A stretch of DNA of 64,000 bases from Octopus sinensis. Lineage: Eukaryota. Under the pieces are notes generated by a model. That model had not been told where the DNA came from, ran no database searches, and worked only from the letters and a program-made list of their open reading frames with translations. The stretch is taken from the NCBI RefSeq assembly GCF_006345805.1, contig NC_043000.1, positions 117,614,001-117,678,000 of the forward strand, given 5' to 3'. Made by a program: the position numbers and the translations under genes. This document shows, piece by piece, positions 1 through 13,421 of the stretch (its first letter is position 1; each line of letters opens with the position of its first letter).

Positions 1-78
1 TGTATGTATGTATATATGTATGTATATATGTATGTATGTATATATGTATGTATATATGTATGTGTATATATATGTATG

Positions 79-112
<34 letters not shown>

Positions 113-1002
113 TATATATATATATATATATGTACGTATATGTATGTATATATATATATATATGTATATTTGTATGTATGTATATATATGTATATATATA
201 TATATGTATATTTGTATGTATGTATATATATGTATATTTGTATGTATATTTGTATGTATGTATATATATATATATGTATATTTGTATGTATGTATATATA
301 TATATATGTATATATGTATGTATATATGTATGTATATATGTATATATGTATGTATATATGTATATATGTATGTATATATGTATGTATATATGTATGTATA
401 TATGTATGTATATATGTATGTATATATGTATGTATATATGTATGTATATATCTCTCTCTATATAAACGGCAGTTTGTCTGTGCGTGTTTCTGTGTGTCTG
501 TTTTCTCGTACCCTCACTCTGACCACGGCTTTCAACCGATTCTGATGAAACTTGACACACACATAGCCCAATGTCATAATTCAAAACTAACGCAGCGAAA
601 ATTTTGAAAAGTTCCCCCAGTTCTGAAAAAAATCGATAAATTCGACATGGGGTCGAGAATCAAAAAAATAAACCACAGACTGTCTAGGGGACGCAACTCA
701 ACCTTTTTACTCTCAAAAAAAAATTTACCATCATTTTTTTTCTATTTTTTTGCTATTTTTTGGCTATAACTCTCTAAAAATGCTTTATAGTTATTTCCCT
801 TACAAACCTGAGCAACGCCGGGCGATACTGCTAGTGTATGTATATATGTATGTATATATGTATGTATATATGTATGTATATATGTATGTATGTATATATG
901 TATATATGTATGTATATATGTATGTATGTATGTATATATGTATGTATGTATATATGTATGTATACATATATATATATGTGTGTGTGTATGTATGTGTATT
1001 AT
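1..1002. repeat. Compound (TATG)n/(TA)n microsatellite split by a Helitron insertion
   Basis: Direct reading: the same repeat occupies 1-450 and 835-1002. Confidence 0.95.
451..834 (+). mobile_element. Non-autonomous Helitron (family H1)
   Basis: 5' TC, 3' CTAG preceded by a GC-rich weak hairpin (cctgagcaacgccgggc). Inserted between A450 and T835 with no TSD. Highly similar inverted copy at 33755-34136. Confidence 0.85.
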
Positions 1003-1481
1003 ATACATTCTTGGAAACTCACGTGCTTATGGATCAATAGCTACTCAGACATTTTCAGCCCTACTTCTATCCGTTTACTGCACCTTATGTATTTATAAAT
1101 AGCTGACATACTATCAAAAATAAACAAAGCCGGTCCTATCGGATGGGCTGGGTATGTTTTTGGCTATCATAACCAAAATGGAAATAGATACAAGAAAATA
1201 GAACAAAAATAAATCAGTCATAGTAATTATCCCTTATGGGAGTTTACGTTGCATTTAAATAAATGTCAGTCTAAAAATTGGTCAGAATTATTTTGTTCCT
1301 CTCTGAATTTGTCATTTAACTCTACAAGAATCGTAGATTTTCTAATCAGTAATTTCTTTTAAAACTTGTCAATATTTTACTGTTGAATATTCTAGAAATG
1401 CTTGCTGGTGGTTATTGAATCAAGAATTTTAGCTTTGTTGGCCCAAAGTCAACTTTAATCTTTAAAAGGAAGTGTAATATA

Positions 1482-1738
1482 TTCTTTGCTACTCAAGGCA
1501 CAAGGCTTGAAATTGTTGGGGAGGGGACCAGTCAATTAGATCGACCCCAGTATGCAACTGGTACTTAATTTATTGATTAGATTGACCCCAGTATGCAACT
1601 GGTACATGATTTATCGACCCTGAAAGGATGAAAAGCGAAGTCAAACCTTGGTGGAATTTGAACTCAGAACGTAAAGACAGACGAAATACCCTTAAGCATT
1701 TCACCTGGCCTGCTTACGTTTCTGCCAGCTTGCCACCT
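1482..1738 (-). mobile_element. tRNA-derived SINE, family A
   Basis: Reverse complement of the GGCGGCGAGCTGGCAGAA...GAGTTCAAATTCC head and the GCCTTTCATCCTTTCGGGGTCGATAAATTAAGTACCAG core. Confidence 0.85.
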
Positions 1739-1799
1739 TAGGAAGTGTATATATTAAAAATGACATGTGGGAGTATGTGTGTATGTGTATTAACTTTTA

Positions 1800-2112
1800 A
1801 CCTTTTAATCGTTTCAATCATTGGAATGTGACCATACTGGAGCACTGCCCTGAGGTGTTTAGCCTAACAAATTGACTCCAGTGCTTTTTTTTTTTTACAT
1901 TTTTTTCTTTTTGTTTTGAATTCTGGTATTTATTCTCTTAGTCTCTTTTGCTGAAGTTCTAAGTTCTGAGGTTATAGACAGACTTAGACCAGTTGGGTGG
2001 ACACACATATTCAACACACTCAGCTGGCTTCAACACATTTTATGTCTACCAAATTCACTCACAAGGCATTAGCTGACCTGGTTCTGTAATAGAAGACACT
2101 CAAGGTGCCAGA
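1800..2112 (-). mobile_element. Degenerate SINE family B
   Basis: Reverse complement of the family B tail and middle. Confidence 0.65.
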
Positions 2113-2304
2113 GAGGGAAATAAATTATTTCATTTCCATTTAAATAGTTAAGCTCCCTTTGAAGTAAGCTTTTATACCTACATAATTATCATTTAATCCT
2201 TTCATTTCCATATGCTTTCATTTCTATTAATTTTGAGAATAATTAAGAATTTTGTAAAATAACTTTATTATTATTAATGATGATGATAATTAGGTAGGTG
2301 TTGA

Positions 2305-2643
2305 GCCCTTTCGATACCAACCCAGCTGAACCGCCTCTGGCTTTGTAGTACAAATGTCTTGTTTTCATAAGATCTGAATTATAATCTTCCACCAAACCTT
2401 AGTCACAATTTATGTTTCTAACACCAGCTTAATGATAACCAAGTTATTTTACTAAATTCTTTGTTATATTTAAAATTAATTGAAAGAAACTCAGAGCATC
2501 TCAAAATAAATACAGTAGAGTAAGGGTTAGAATATAAATTGACATGAAATTCTAAAAGATTTTGTTTTAGATCATTTTAATATTAGAAGTTTGTAATGTG
2601 GAACCAGGGGTGGTTGCAGGCAAATTGGTATCAAAAGGGTTAA
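2305..2643. mobile_element. Second TTAA-type MITE family
   Basis: CCCTTTCGATACCAA...TTGGTATCAAAAGGG TTAA TIRs; an inverted partial copy lies at ~15340-15553. Confidence 0.7.
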
Positions 2644-3665
2644 TGGATGAATTTACCATAGCGATGTCATAAAAAAGAACAACATCCAGCATTACGACTA
2701 TATATTGTAAAATGCTCAACTAATTAAATGTAGATGTAGAAGTCTTTCAGTGAAGTCAATCATAGGATAATTAATACATCATAAGCTACGTGATCTTAAC
2801 ATGGAGCTGGAAACCAACTTAGTACAGATATCAAACTGTTGGATAGGCTGTGATCTTGAGTAGTGTGTCTTAGGTAATTGCTTTGGTTCTGTTCCTGCTC
2901 ATAATAGCTTTCACAAACATATCCTCAGTTGGCAAATAATCTGTTCCCTAGAGTACTGTTACTCAATGTCTCCCGTTGAGAAATTTACAAATAGTAATTT
3001 TCTATTATATATATATATGCACACATTTCACACCTGGAAGGTGTTTATAAGCCATTTAAAAACACACAAAAACTGTTAGAACATCCCTAGCTGTGCTAAT
3101 TGTACCAACCTACTAAAGGTAATCAAGAATCTTGTTTATAACAACTTACAGAAAGGTCACAATGCCACGTACAGTTTGAGCTGAAGAAAATAGTATCATC
3201 ATTATCAACTTCATCATTTGATGCCTATTTTCCATGCTGGCATGGGTTGGATGGTTTGACTGGAGCTGGCGAGCCAGAGAGTTGTACCAAGCTCCAATTG
3301 TCTGTTTTGGCGTGGTTTCTACCATGAGATGCCTGTCGTAATGCCAAAGTGTCTTGGGTAATTTTTACATGGCAATCTTGTTTATGACAACTTACAGAAA
3401 GGCCTCAATACCATTTATAGGGGAGCTGAAAATAACATGTAATTAAATACAAAATGCTTTCAAGTAATTCATTATTTTCACCATTAGCCCTCTAATTCAT
3501 TGCAATCTGAATACGCAATTCTCAAGTTATTATCTAAATCTGACCCTGAAATTTAGAAAAGCAACCCCATCATTTCATATTCATATCAAAGAGATGGCTA
3601 CAGTGTGCAGACAAATCATTTCTTCATATTGACAAGCTCACTGATTAACTGGAAACATTCCATCA

Positions 3666-4052
3666 GGCGGCGAGCTGGCAGAATCGTTAGCATGCTGGGC
3701 GAAATGCTCAGCGGTATTTCGTCTGCCGCTACGTTCTGAGTTCAAATTCCGCCGAGGTCGACTTTGCCTTTCATCTTTGCACTGGGGTCGATATAATTGA
3801 CTTAATCTGTTTGTCTGACCTTGTTTGTCCTCTCTGTGTTTAGCCCCTTGTGGGTAGTAAAAAAATAGGTATTTCGTCTACTGTTACACTCTCAGTTCAA
3901 ATTCCGCCAGGGTCGACTTTGCCTTTCATCCTTTCAGTGTCGATAAATTAAGTACCAGTTACGCACTGGGGCCGATGTAATCGACTTAATCTCTTTGTCT
4001 GTCCTTGATTATCCTCTCTATGTTTAGCCCCTTGTGGGTAGTAAAGAAACAA
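3666..4052 (+). mobile_element. tRNA-derived SINE family A with an internally duplicated B-box/core
   Basis: A-box-like TGGCAGAATCG, B-box GAGTTCAAATTCC, core repeated twice. The core resembles the Meta/Sauria-type SINE domain (recalled, unverified). Confidence 0.88.
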
Positions 4053-5069
4053 GAATTGAAAGAAACCCATCATGTGTGTATGTGTGTGTTTGGATGTACT
4101 CTTGTCAAAATGTCATGTGATGGTTAGAAATGAGCATCATCATCATCATCATACAAGCAAAGTTGTTCATTTCTAGTCTTCCATGAAAATCATAGGTAAA
4201 GGTAGGCAACAGCAAGGGCATCCAGCTGTAGAAGATCTACCTCAACAAACTCCATCTGACACAAGCATGCATGGAAAAGTGGACATTAAATAAGGATGAT
4301 GATGATATACGATCTATTATCTATATTCTGTGAAACAATTTACTTTAGTGAATATGGATGTCATTAATTTTGATTCGTATAGTTAATGAAGTGAATTTTT
4401 TTAAGGCAATTTGCTTTTAGGAATTTATGCCGTTATTGTATTATTGTTTTGGTGATATTACATTGCAATTAAGTTATAAAAGGTTTCATGTATGTAAAGA
4501 AACAAATTTCAGATGTGTAGGAGTTAAGGAAACAATATCATTTATGTGGGTATTTGAAATTACTGCTTGTGTGTGTATGTGTGTGTGTGTGTGTGTGAAG
4601 AACATTTTACACTCTCACCCTGTTTCTATTTCTGTCACTTTTTCTTTCTCTCTCTCTCTCTCTCCCCACCTTTTCTCTCTGTTGTGTGAGCGGATCTATT
4701 TCTAGCATAAGGGTGTCCACATAGTGGTTTTCCTCTGATATGTATATAATACAATTTTACTGAACCTTCAGTTTTTTTATATGCTAGACCCCTGGTGTGA
4801 AATCGATGTTAATTAAATTAATATCTAATTTCTCACCCTCATTTTAAATTTATATATATATTTATATATATACAAAAATCCTATAATTATGAGTATAATT
4901 ATAATTAGGGTTCAGCAAAAATTTGCTTCACCACATACCGAAATTTAGAAATAGCAGTTAAAACTAACTATTTCACTACCATCTCCCAGACAACACTACT
5001 CAACAACTCATGCAGGTAAAGATTATTATATATATATATATATATATATATCTGTACACACACACAACA

Positions 5070-5250
5070 GCGTCATTTGACGGGCCATGCTGGAGCACCA
5101 CCTTTAGTCAAGCAAGTCAACTTATTCTTTGTAAGCTTAGTACTTATTCTATTGGTGTCTTTTACTGAACCGCTAAGTTACGTGGATGTAAACATGCCAG
5201 CATCGTCTGTCAAGTGATGGTGGGAGGACAAACAGACACACAAACATATT

Positions 5251-5285
<35 letters not shown>

Positions 5286-5443
5286 CTACACGACAGGCTT
5301 CTTTCAGTTTCTGTCTACCAAATCCACTCCCAAGTCTTTGGTTGGCCTGAGGCTATAGTAGAAAATATTTACTCAAGGTGCCATGCAGTGAGACTGAACC
5401 CAGAACCATGTGGTTGGTAAGCAAGCTACTTACCACACAGCCA
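5070..5443 (-). mobile_element. SINE family B
   Basis: Reverse complement of the family B head, body and tail. Confidence 0.83.
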
Positions 5444-6397
5444 TATATACATTCACACACACACACACACATTGTTTACATCATAAAAATTTGGAAACTG
5501 AGAGACCTGAAATAATTTGTTTTTAACAGTGGAGCTTGAACTAGATAAAGCTATAATCATATTGCATATAGAATATTGAATTACAAAATTCTTTGGATAT
5601 ATGTCCAAGGTGTCTTTTTTTATCACCCAATATTTAGACACTCTTATTTGTAGCATTATTTGCTTCAAGCTCCATCATTAAAAACGTGTGTGTGTTTGAG
5701 AGAGGAGATAAAGATAAATACGCATACACAATCATCATCATTGTACATATCTATGTATGCTATTCAAGTCATGAAGATTTGAGTTCAGTCCCACTGCATG
5801 ACGCTGGACTGACCAACGCCATGTGAATTGATTTAGCAGATGGAAACTGAAGGAAGCCTGTTGTGTGTGTATTTGTGTTTGTGCCTCCTTGGTTTGGCAT
5901 TAAATGATAGTTTTGACAAGTATCACTGTAATAAAAGTGGTACTAAGATTGGTTAAAGTACAAAGGTTAACATTTTGATAAATACAGGCACCCATGATAA
6001 TCATTTAACATCTGTTGTCCATGCTCCTATAGGTTCGACAGTTTGACAGGTGCTGGCAATCCAGGGGGCTGCATTGGACTCCACTGTCTGCTTTGGCATG
6101 GCTTCTACAGCTGGATGCCCTTTGTAACACCAAGCATCACATAGATACAACAATGACGATAATGATGATGATAGTGATGATGGCTATGGTTATGGAATGT
6201 GTAGTGGTGGATAGAAGTTGAGTGACAAGTAGAGGTTCCTGGTTTGAATATTCAGGGTGGAAATGGTCAGGTATGTTCAAGATGTGATAGAGGTGATGGT
6301 AATTATATTATTAAGAATGAAATTTTCATTTACACATATTGTATACAGTGTATTAAGTCAATGTATAATGAAGTGGTATTTATATATTTCATTTGGA

Positions 6398-6592
6398 AGG
6401 CAATGAGCTGGCAGAATCGTTAGCAGGCTGGGCGAAATGCTTACGTTCAGAGTTCAAATTCCACCGGGGTCGACTTTGCCTTTCATCCTTTTGGGGTCAA
6501 TAAATTGAGTACCAGTTGCATACTGAGGTCGATCTAATTGACTGGCCTCCCTCCCCAAAAATTTTGGGCCTTGGGCCTAGAGTAGAAAAGAA
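6398..6592 (+). mobile_element. SINE family A
   Basis: Same head and core as 3666. Confidence 0.85.
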
Positions 6593-7169
6593 TATATATA
6601 TGTTTCATTTGGTACATGACTAAGTGCGAATTTTATCCTTTTTTATTTTAGATTTTTCTCCTCATTTCTTATTCTTTTATTGTTAGTTTAGAGTAGCAGT
6701 TCTTTTGAAGGTCCATATAAGATTTTTGTGGTCCATGCAAGCAAAATACTAAATTGAAGACCCACAGTTGTATTTTAGGTTTCCATGAAAAAAAATTTGC
6801 TTTAGGTGTATCTGTTGCAAGTTCAAAGTACACAGGTTAATTAATGTGTGATAAATAAAATAGGAGTTTTGAAAGAAGTGTCTATAAAATTAGATTTCAA
6901 ACATCAAATAACTGTGGGGAGGGGACACCAGAATAGATTAGTAATCAAAGGGGTCTATAGATAAAAGAATAGCTGAGAACCAGTCGTTTAGAGCCATAAA
7001 GCTCCTTAGTTCATATTCAATATTTCTAGGTATTCAGGGTCTTATTTTCAAGAATTGAACAGATTTTGTGCCTGCTTTTTTTTTTTTATATATAAACAAA
7101 GGTTTTGAATTAAAAGGTATTTGAACACATCTGTGTATTTAATGAAACATATATAAAAATTAAGGTGTT

Positions 7170-7219
<50 letters not shown>

Positions 7220-7247
7220 CACTCTCTCACCTTAGCGTTTTTCAGCC

Positions 7248-7309
7248 GGATAACTGAAGAGATGGTGGCGTGGATTTCCACCTCAGCATCCGAAAATCGG
7301 AGTTTTACC
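7248..7309 (+). ncRNA. Hammerhead-like motif (slightly degenerate) in a ~120-bp insert between (TA)n tracts
   Basis: UAA-CUGAAGA-GAUG...CAUC(C)-GAAA-AUCGGAG-UU-UUA; one stem III mismatch and one extra base in stem II. Confidence 0.5.
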
Positions 7310-7335
7310 ATGGCTACCGAATAATTGTCACATAT

Positions 7336-7381
<46 letters not shown>

Positions 7382-8102
7382 GATAGATAGATAGATAGAT
7401 AGATAGACGTCTATACATATATATAGATATATATGAATATATATATATATATGTGTGTGTGTGTGTATTTATAAGAAATAATTAAAATTCAGTTGAATTA
7501 GGTACTTAAGTTGAGGCTCCAAGTCAGTCCAATATTATCCACACAGCTTGAGGTAGGGTGAATACACTAATACTTTGACATCCTTGTTACTTATTTGTTT
7601 TATATATATATATATATATATATGCATATATTTATGTGTGGGTGCATGTAATAGAAAAGAATTTAAAATTTAATTGTGAAATAAAATGGGTCAGTTTTGG
7701 GTTAGGAAATTTTATGCGCACAAAGCTTCTGTTGTTTACACACGGATCTTTCTTCGTAATGAAAACCAGTCATATATTTATCCAACATATTGTATATGAT
7801 TTCCATATATATATATTTATATATAAGCAGGATGTGTTCTTATTTTTATCACACACACACCTACAGTCACAGAGCAAGCTTAAATGTTTGCTTTATGTAA
7901 ACATCCATGTAAGTTTACTTCATGTTTCTACTTGTCTTATCACTGTTTAAGCCTCCAATTAATTATTTTTATTGTTGAGGTTTGCACTGTTATGCAAATT
8001 ACAATTATGAATTTCTACTAGTTCCTATGTCCCCAAGAACAGTTACATAGAAAATAATAGTAGTATGTGTGTGCACATATATATAATGTATATATGTGTG
8101 TA

Positions 8103-8138
<36 letters not shown>

Positions 8139-8671
8139 AGTGACAAGCAAAATCTGTAAAAAGACTTTCTTCCTGATAACTTAGTAGCTTCTAAGTGGAA
8201 GGAAGGGCAACAGTGTTCTTTGTCTATCTCTTTAACTTCTTGGAGATTTTAGGCAAAATTATACTAATGAGTCCATCTGTTGTAATTTAATTAAATTCTG
8301 TGTCTTTGTGCAGCTGATGATTGCTCTGCATTTAAATTAATGTAGTGATTGCATTGTTCAATTAAATGGAGTTGCATGAAACGATCATACTACATTACCT
8401 CAGGATATACTTGTTGCTTATTTTGATATATATATATATATATATAATATATATATATATATAAACATATATTGCCAGTATGGAAGGTGGATGTTAAACA
8501 ATGATGCTGATAATATATAGATGCTCTTTATTTACTAGTTTTTTCCAGATATTTTTTATGGTCAATTTTGAACACCAGTTGTTATATTGCTCAAGCATAA
8601 AATGATGTCAAAATTATTTTTCCCTTGAAAACCAAAGCATTTAGTGTTCTCCCTTAAAGATAATATTCTCT

Positions 8672-8712
<41 letters not shown>

Positions 8713-9217
8713 AATAAGTTTGAGAAAATATCATTACATTGGCTTCTGTTTCAGCTTTTTATTGCAACAGTATATTGAACTTATTGACTTGGAAATATTT
8801 ATTCTTTGCCTTTGTTTTAATTTGCTGTAAGGTTTCTTCTTAACCTTTGAAGACAATCAAAACTCACATCTTTTAGACACTGACAGAACTTCTCAAAGAG
8901 TATCATCAACAATAGATACAATCAGTGCTCTAACCTATTTTGTGTCTTCTGTGTGCCTTCATGTGCAAGGTTGTTATGGATGTGGTGGTATTCCATTGTT
9001 ACAAATGCATGTGCTACCCTACCTGTTGCAAAAATAAAAAGAACAGTCATCTATTTGTTTAATTTTATAGTTTGAAGATTTTTGAATCTTGAATTACACT
9101 AGAAGAGTCTTGACTTGCACTAGATTTGGATTATATTGAGGAATGGTTGTGCTGGGTTAGCATCACTACTCTCTTGTCTCTGACTTCCTAGTCATGATCA
9201 CAATAATCAAACCAGAT

Positions 9218-9598
9218 TGGCGGCAAGCTGGCAGAAATGTTAGCACACCAGGAGAAATATTTAGTGGTATTTTGTCTGCCTGTACATTCTGAGTTCAAAT
9301 TCCACCAAGGTCGACTTTGCTTTTCATCCTTTTGGGGTCGATAAATTAAGTACCAGGGATGCACTTGATCCATTTGTTTGTACTTGTTTGTCCCATCTGT
9401 GTTTAGCCCCTTGTGGGTAGTAAAGAAATAGGTATTTTGTCTGCCTCTATGTTCTGAGTTCAAATTCTGCTGAGGTCGACTTTGCCTTTCATCCATTCGG
9501 GGCCGATAAATTAAGTATCAGTTGCGTACTTGGGTCGATCCAATCGACTGGCCCCTTCCTCCAAAATTTCAGGCTTTGTGCCTATAGTAGAAAAGGAT
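9218..9598 (+). mobile_element. SINE family A (duplicated core, CpG-decayed)
   Basis: Same head and core, with many CG changed to TG/CA. Confidence 0.85.
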
Positions 9599-9689
9599 AA
9601 TCAAGCTAGATACATATGTAAACTGATATCACCTTGGATAAACTACTCACTTGTGACGAAAAAAAATGTCTTACATCCTCGGCTGGACA

Positions 9690-10220
9690 TGTAGAAGTGA
9701 TTTAATGTAAAGATTACTTGCCTACCACATGGTTCCAGGTGCAGTCCCACTGCATGGAACCTTAGGGAAGTGTATTTTCCTATAGACCTGAGCTGACCAA
9801 AGCTTTGTGAGTAGATTTTTTTTTATTGCCCACAAGGGGCTAAAACATAGAGGGGATCAACAAGGACAGACAAAGGGATTAAGTCGATTACATCGACCCC
9901 AGTGCATATCTGGTACTTAATTTATCAACCCCGAAAGGATGACAGGCTAAGTCGACCTTTGTGAGTAGATTTATTAGACAGAAACTAAAAGAAGCCTGTC
10001 GTGTGTGTGTGTAAGTATGCATGTGTATGTGTGTTTGTATCACTTTGTGTTGACATTATATGATTATTGTAAATGAATGTCAATCAGTCCAATACTCTAC
10101 AAAAACATGTCCGGCCAAAATGTTACCTTGCTGACACCCAGCAATAGAAAATCTGTCTCCATAAATTCCATCTGATCCATGCAAGCATGGAAAAGTGAAT
10201 GTTGAATCAATGATGATGAC
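9690..10220 (+). mobile_element. Degenerate family B-headed SINE with a family C-like tail, interrupted by an antisense family A fragment (~9820-9960)
   Basis: TTTGTGAGTAGATTT occurs on both sides of the insert, like a TSD. Confidence 0.7.
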
Positions 10221-10311
10221 ATTCTGTTCTTCTTTGATGAATTTTGTATATTTCTTGTTTTCTCTCTGTTCTGTATATTTTGCTATGTTTAATTACTCTT
10301 GCACGCTTTTC

Positions 10312-10358
<47 letters not shown>

Positions 10359-10643
10359 TCAATGGGTTTAAAGTCTGAAGAAATGCTGTAATGTTAAATG
10401 CTTTATGGACACCTAGGGTAACCCCATAAAGCTGCCATACCTATCTTGATATACTCTCCTGCTCTATAATTTAGAAGTGCTTCTTTTTCAGATTTATAAC
10501 TTACTGATGATTATATATGTATATATAGATTAAATAATCATAGTGATATTGTTAATCCTACTATAATCCATTTGTAAACAGTTTAAATGTTTATCCATTT
10601 CATAGCATCTCATGAATTCCTTCATTTTAAAACTATTTTCCAG

Positions 10644-10904
10644 GTCAAGACTCAACTTGAACATCCTACAAAATACCATATCCAGCAGAAGCAAAACCAG
10701 CAGATTCAGCTGTTCTTACATGAAAAGCAAGTATCAGGATCCACAAGTGTTCCAGGAAATACACAGTCCATGCCCAATATGGTGGCACTTCAGGGTACCA
10801 ATATTACCGATCAGAGTGACGTACTCCACACAGCCAGTGCTCCTTTGACTAATCCAGACAGTCCTTTACCTTTACCAGCAGTAGCAAATCCTGCTCCCAC
10901 AGAT
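10644..10904 (+). CDS. MITF: MiT/TFE (MITF/TFEB/TFE3-like) transcription factor, first visible coding exon (87 codons, phase 0/0); 5' exons outside window
   Basis: Acceptor ttttccag|GTC, donor GAT|gtgagt. [25 protein letters not shown] matches MITF [25 protein letters not shown]. Contains a PDSP MAPK/mTORC1-type site. Confidence 0.93.
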
Positions 10905-10959
10905 GTGAGTTTTTGTTCATTTATTTTAATGTTTATGTTCTATGAATGCTAAATATATT

Positions 10960-11190
10960 TTAACCCTGTGGTATTTAAATCGGCCAGATCTGGCCTAAAT
11001 AGTTTACCTGTTCTTTTTCGCTCAGACTAACCAGATCTGGCCTTTTAAACCGGCCTTAAAGAGTCATTCTAAAAATAAACAATCACATCATTGAAATCTC
11101 AAAGCCATAAGATAATGCATAATTAATTCAAAATCATGTGAAGAAATAAATATTGCATTTGATAAAGTAATCTGAATGCTAAAGGATTAA
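10960..11190. mobile_element. piggyBac-type MITE (TTAA TSD, CCCT...AGG TIR), 55 nt after the first visible MITF exon
   Basis: TTAA CCCTG...CTAAAGGA TTAA; body homologous to the copies at 13422, 15030, 16279, 34724 and 48500. Confidence 0.78.
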
Positions 11191-11244
11191 AACAAGTTAT
11201 AAGAAAGCATTTATTGACATTAGTATGCATATATATATATATGT

Positions 11245-11688
11245 GCTAGTGGAGCGCTAAGAGTACCATCCAAGCATGATCATTGCCAGAGCAACAAACT
11301 GGCTTCCATGTTGGTGGCACGTAAAAAGCACCGTTCGAGCATGATCGTTACCTGCATCGCCTTACCGGCACTTGTGCTGGAGGCACATGAAAAAACATTC
11401 GAGCGAGTTCATTGCCAGTGCCGCTGGTCTGACTCCTGTGCAGGTGGCACATAAAAAGCACCATCTGAGCGTGGCTGTTGCCAGTAACGCCTAAGTAACA
11501 TGCCGGTGGCATGTAAAAGTACCCACTACACTCTTGGAGTGGTTGGCGTTAGGAAGGGCATCCAGCTGTAGAAACTCCACCAGATCAGACTGGAGTCTGG
11601 TGCAGCCTCCTGGCTTCCCAGACCCTGGTCGAACCATCCAACCCATGCTAGCATGGAAAACGGACGTTAAACGATGATGATGATGATG
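11245..11688 (+). mobile_element. Family C retro-element (SINE/LINE-tail type) ending in (GAT)n, with internal tandem GGTGGCAC.TAAAAAGCACC units
   Basis: Tail GGAAGGGCATCCAGCTGTAGAAAC...CCAACCCATGCTAGCATGGAAAACGGACGTTAAACGATGATGAT. Shorter copies at ~3205(-), 4190, 6000(-), 13820, 18269(-), 26940, 31455, 34822, 38499 and 43985. Confidence 0.85.
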
Positions 11689-12499
11689 TGTGCTAGTTGG
11701 AAAACTTGTTTGTACACAAATGCCCAGCAGTTCTAAAGGAAGATTACTGGTAGATATTATATCCTGTAGTTTTGCTCTCTCAAAGTAGCAGAATGAAAAA
11801 TTCCTTACTGCATTTTATGTCATATAAGATAGATGTTTTGTCAAAAAAAAATTTTTTTAATTCACCCTAGGCCCTATATGCAAAGTTAAGTTTTAAGACG
11901 CTAAAATTTCTTTTCCTGAATATGCACTGTTGAATTTGGGGTATGCCTAGTAAGCCGTTGTGTTTTTTATGCCATCAGATATGGTAATTTTAAAAAGAAG
12001 GGTCAGTGGCCGGAAGGGCATTCAGCCGTAAAAATATTGCCTCGAATAAATGTCTTTCCAACCCATGCCAGCATAGAAAAACAGAGACGAAACGAATGAA
12101 ACTTATTCTTGTACTTTGAAAAGGACAACTTTTACACATACAACAAATGTGTGTATGTGTGTATGCATTGCTTCTCCAGAAGTCATATTTTTCGCCGAAG
12201 GCCAAGATTAAGATTAGGGGTTAAGCTTCCAACACTTCTGCACTGACATCTTGAGTATGTTAATCCCATTTCAGCTGTGGAATTTAATTTTCTTTTAAGA
12301 AGTACTGTAATTAGCTATTCATATTGTTGTTGTGCATGAGCAGGGTTTTTATTTATTTATTCATTTATTTGTTTTGTCCTTCGCTGTTTCTGATTGGTTC
12401 ATTTGAATATGTCTGTTAATTGGGGGGAGCGGGGCATTTCTTTTTATGTAGGAGTCTGAGACGACTGTTGAGTCGTTATTGTTGTCTCTACTTCTTCTT

Positions 12500-12509
12500 C
12501 TTATTATTA

Positions 12510-12543
<34 letters not shown>

Positions 12544-12860
12544 CATTATTATCATTATTATTATCATTATTATTATTATCATTATTATTATCATCATTAT
12601 TATTATCATCATTATTATTATCATCATTATCATTATTATTATTATCATCATTATTATTATTATTATTATTATCATTATTATTATCATTATTATTATTATC
12701 ATTATTATCATTATTATTATTATCATTATTATTATTATTATCATTATTATTATTATCATTATCATCATCATTATTATTATCATTATTATTATTATCCTTA
12801 TTATTATTAATATTATTATTATCATTATTATCATTATCATCATTATTCTTATTATTATCA
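12500..12860. repeat. (ATT/ATC)n trinucleotide microsatellite
   Basis: Direct reading. Confidence 0.97.
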
Positions 12861-13421
12861 TAAAGGGGGAAGTGGAACTGCAGTTGTTTATCACCTTAAG
12901 ATTTTTTTTTAATTCCATAGGTTGTGTCCTTTATCATTTCTTTTGACATCATGGTGGAAAGTGGAAGAGTACCGTAGGTCTAATGGGTGGTGGGGAGAAT
13001 TGCCGGATTGAAGAATGTCCTATTGTTACACTAGAGACATTTAACTGTTGTATACCATAAGAATAGAATGAAAGCAGATGTTGTATTCTATATGTGTGTG
13101 AATGCATTCATCTTGGATTATTTATCTGTGTATGTGGTGGGTGGATGTTTATGGTATTAAGACTACAGGAGTGGACTAAGCCCGCAGTAAATTGTTCAAA
13201 ATTTCTGAGTGTTTAATGAAATAGATTAGGAAGTAGAATTAATAGTAATAATTGTAGATTCAGTGTAATCCAAATATAAGCATCTACAAATAAGAGGGCC
13301 TGTTTCCATATTGTTAAATTTAATGGCAACACCAAAAGACATGTGACCAAATATTTTTCATTAAATATTTTTTCTATCATTCATGAAGGTTCATAGTTTA
13401 CTACACAAAAGAAAAAGTTCT

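Noticed and set aside
4-1102. Long ORFs rich in Y/I/M/C/V (also near 21.4k, 23.6k, 32.3k, 41k and 50-54k)
   Set aside because: Translations of (TA)n/(TATG)n/(TG)n microsatellites, which lack stop codons.
3666-3752. tRNA genes at SINE heads (A/B boxes)
   Set aside because: No complete cloverleaf; always attached to SINE bodies.
1003-10643. N-terminal MiT/TFE exon (Rag-binding SRxxLRQQLMR-like)
   Set aside because: I found no matching reading frame with splice sites; it is probably upstream of the window.
12361-12946. Poly-Ile/Leu ORFs resembling membrane proteins
   Set aside because: They are (ATT/ATC)n microsatellite.
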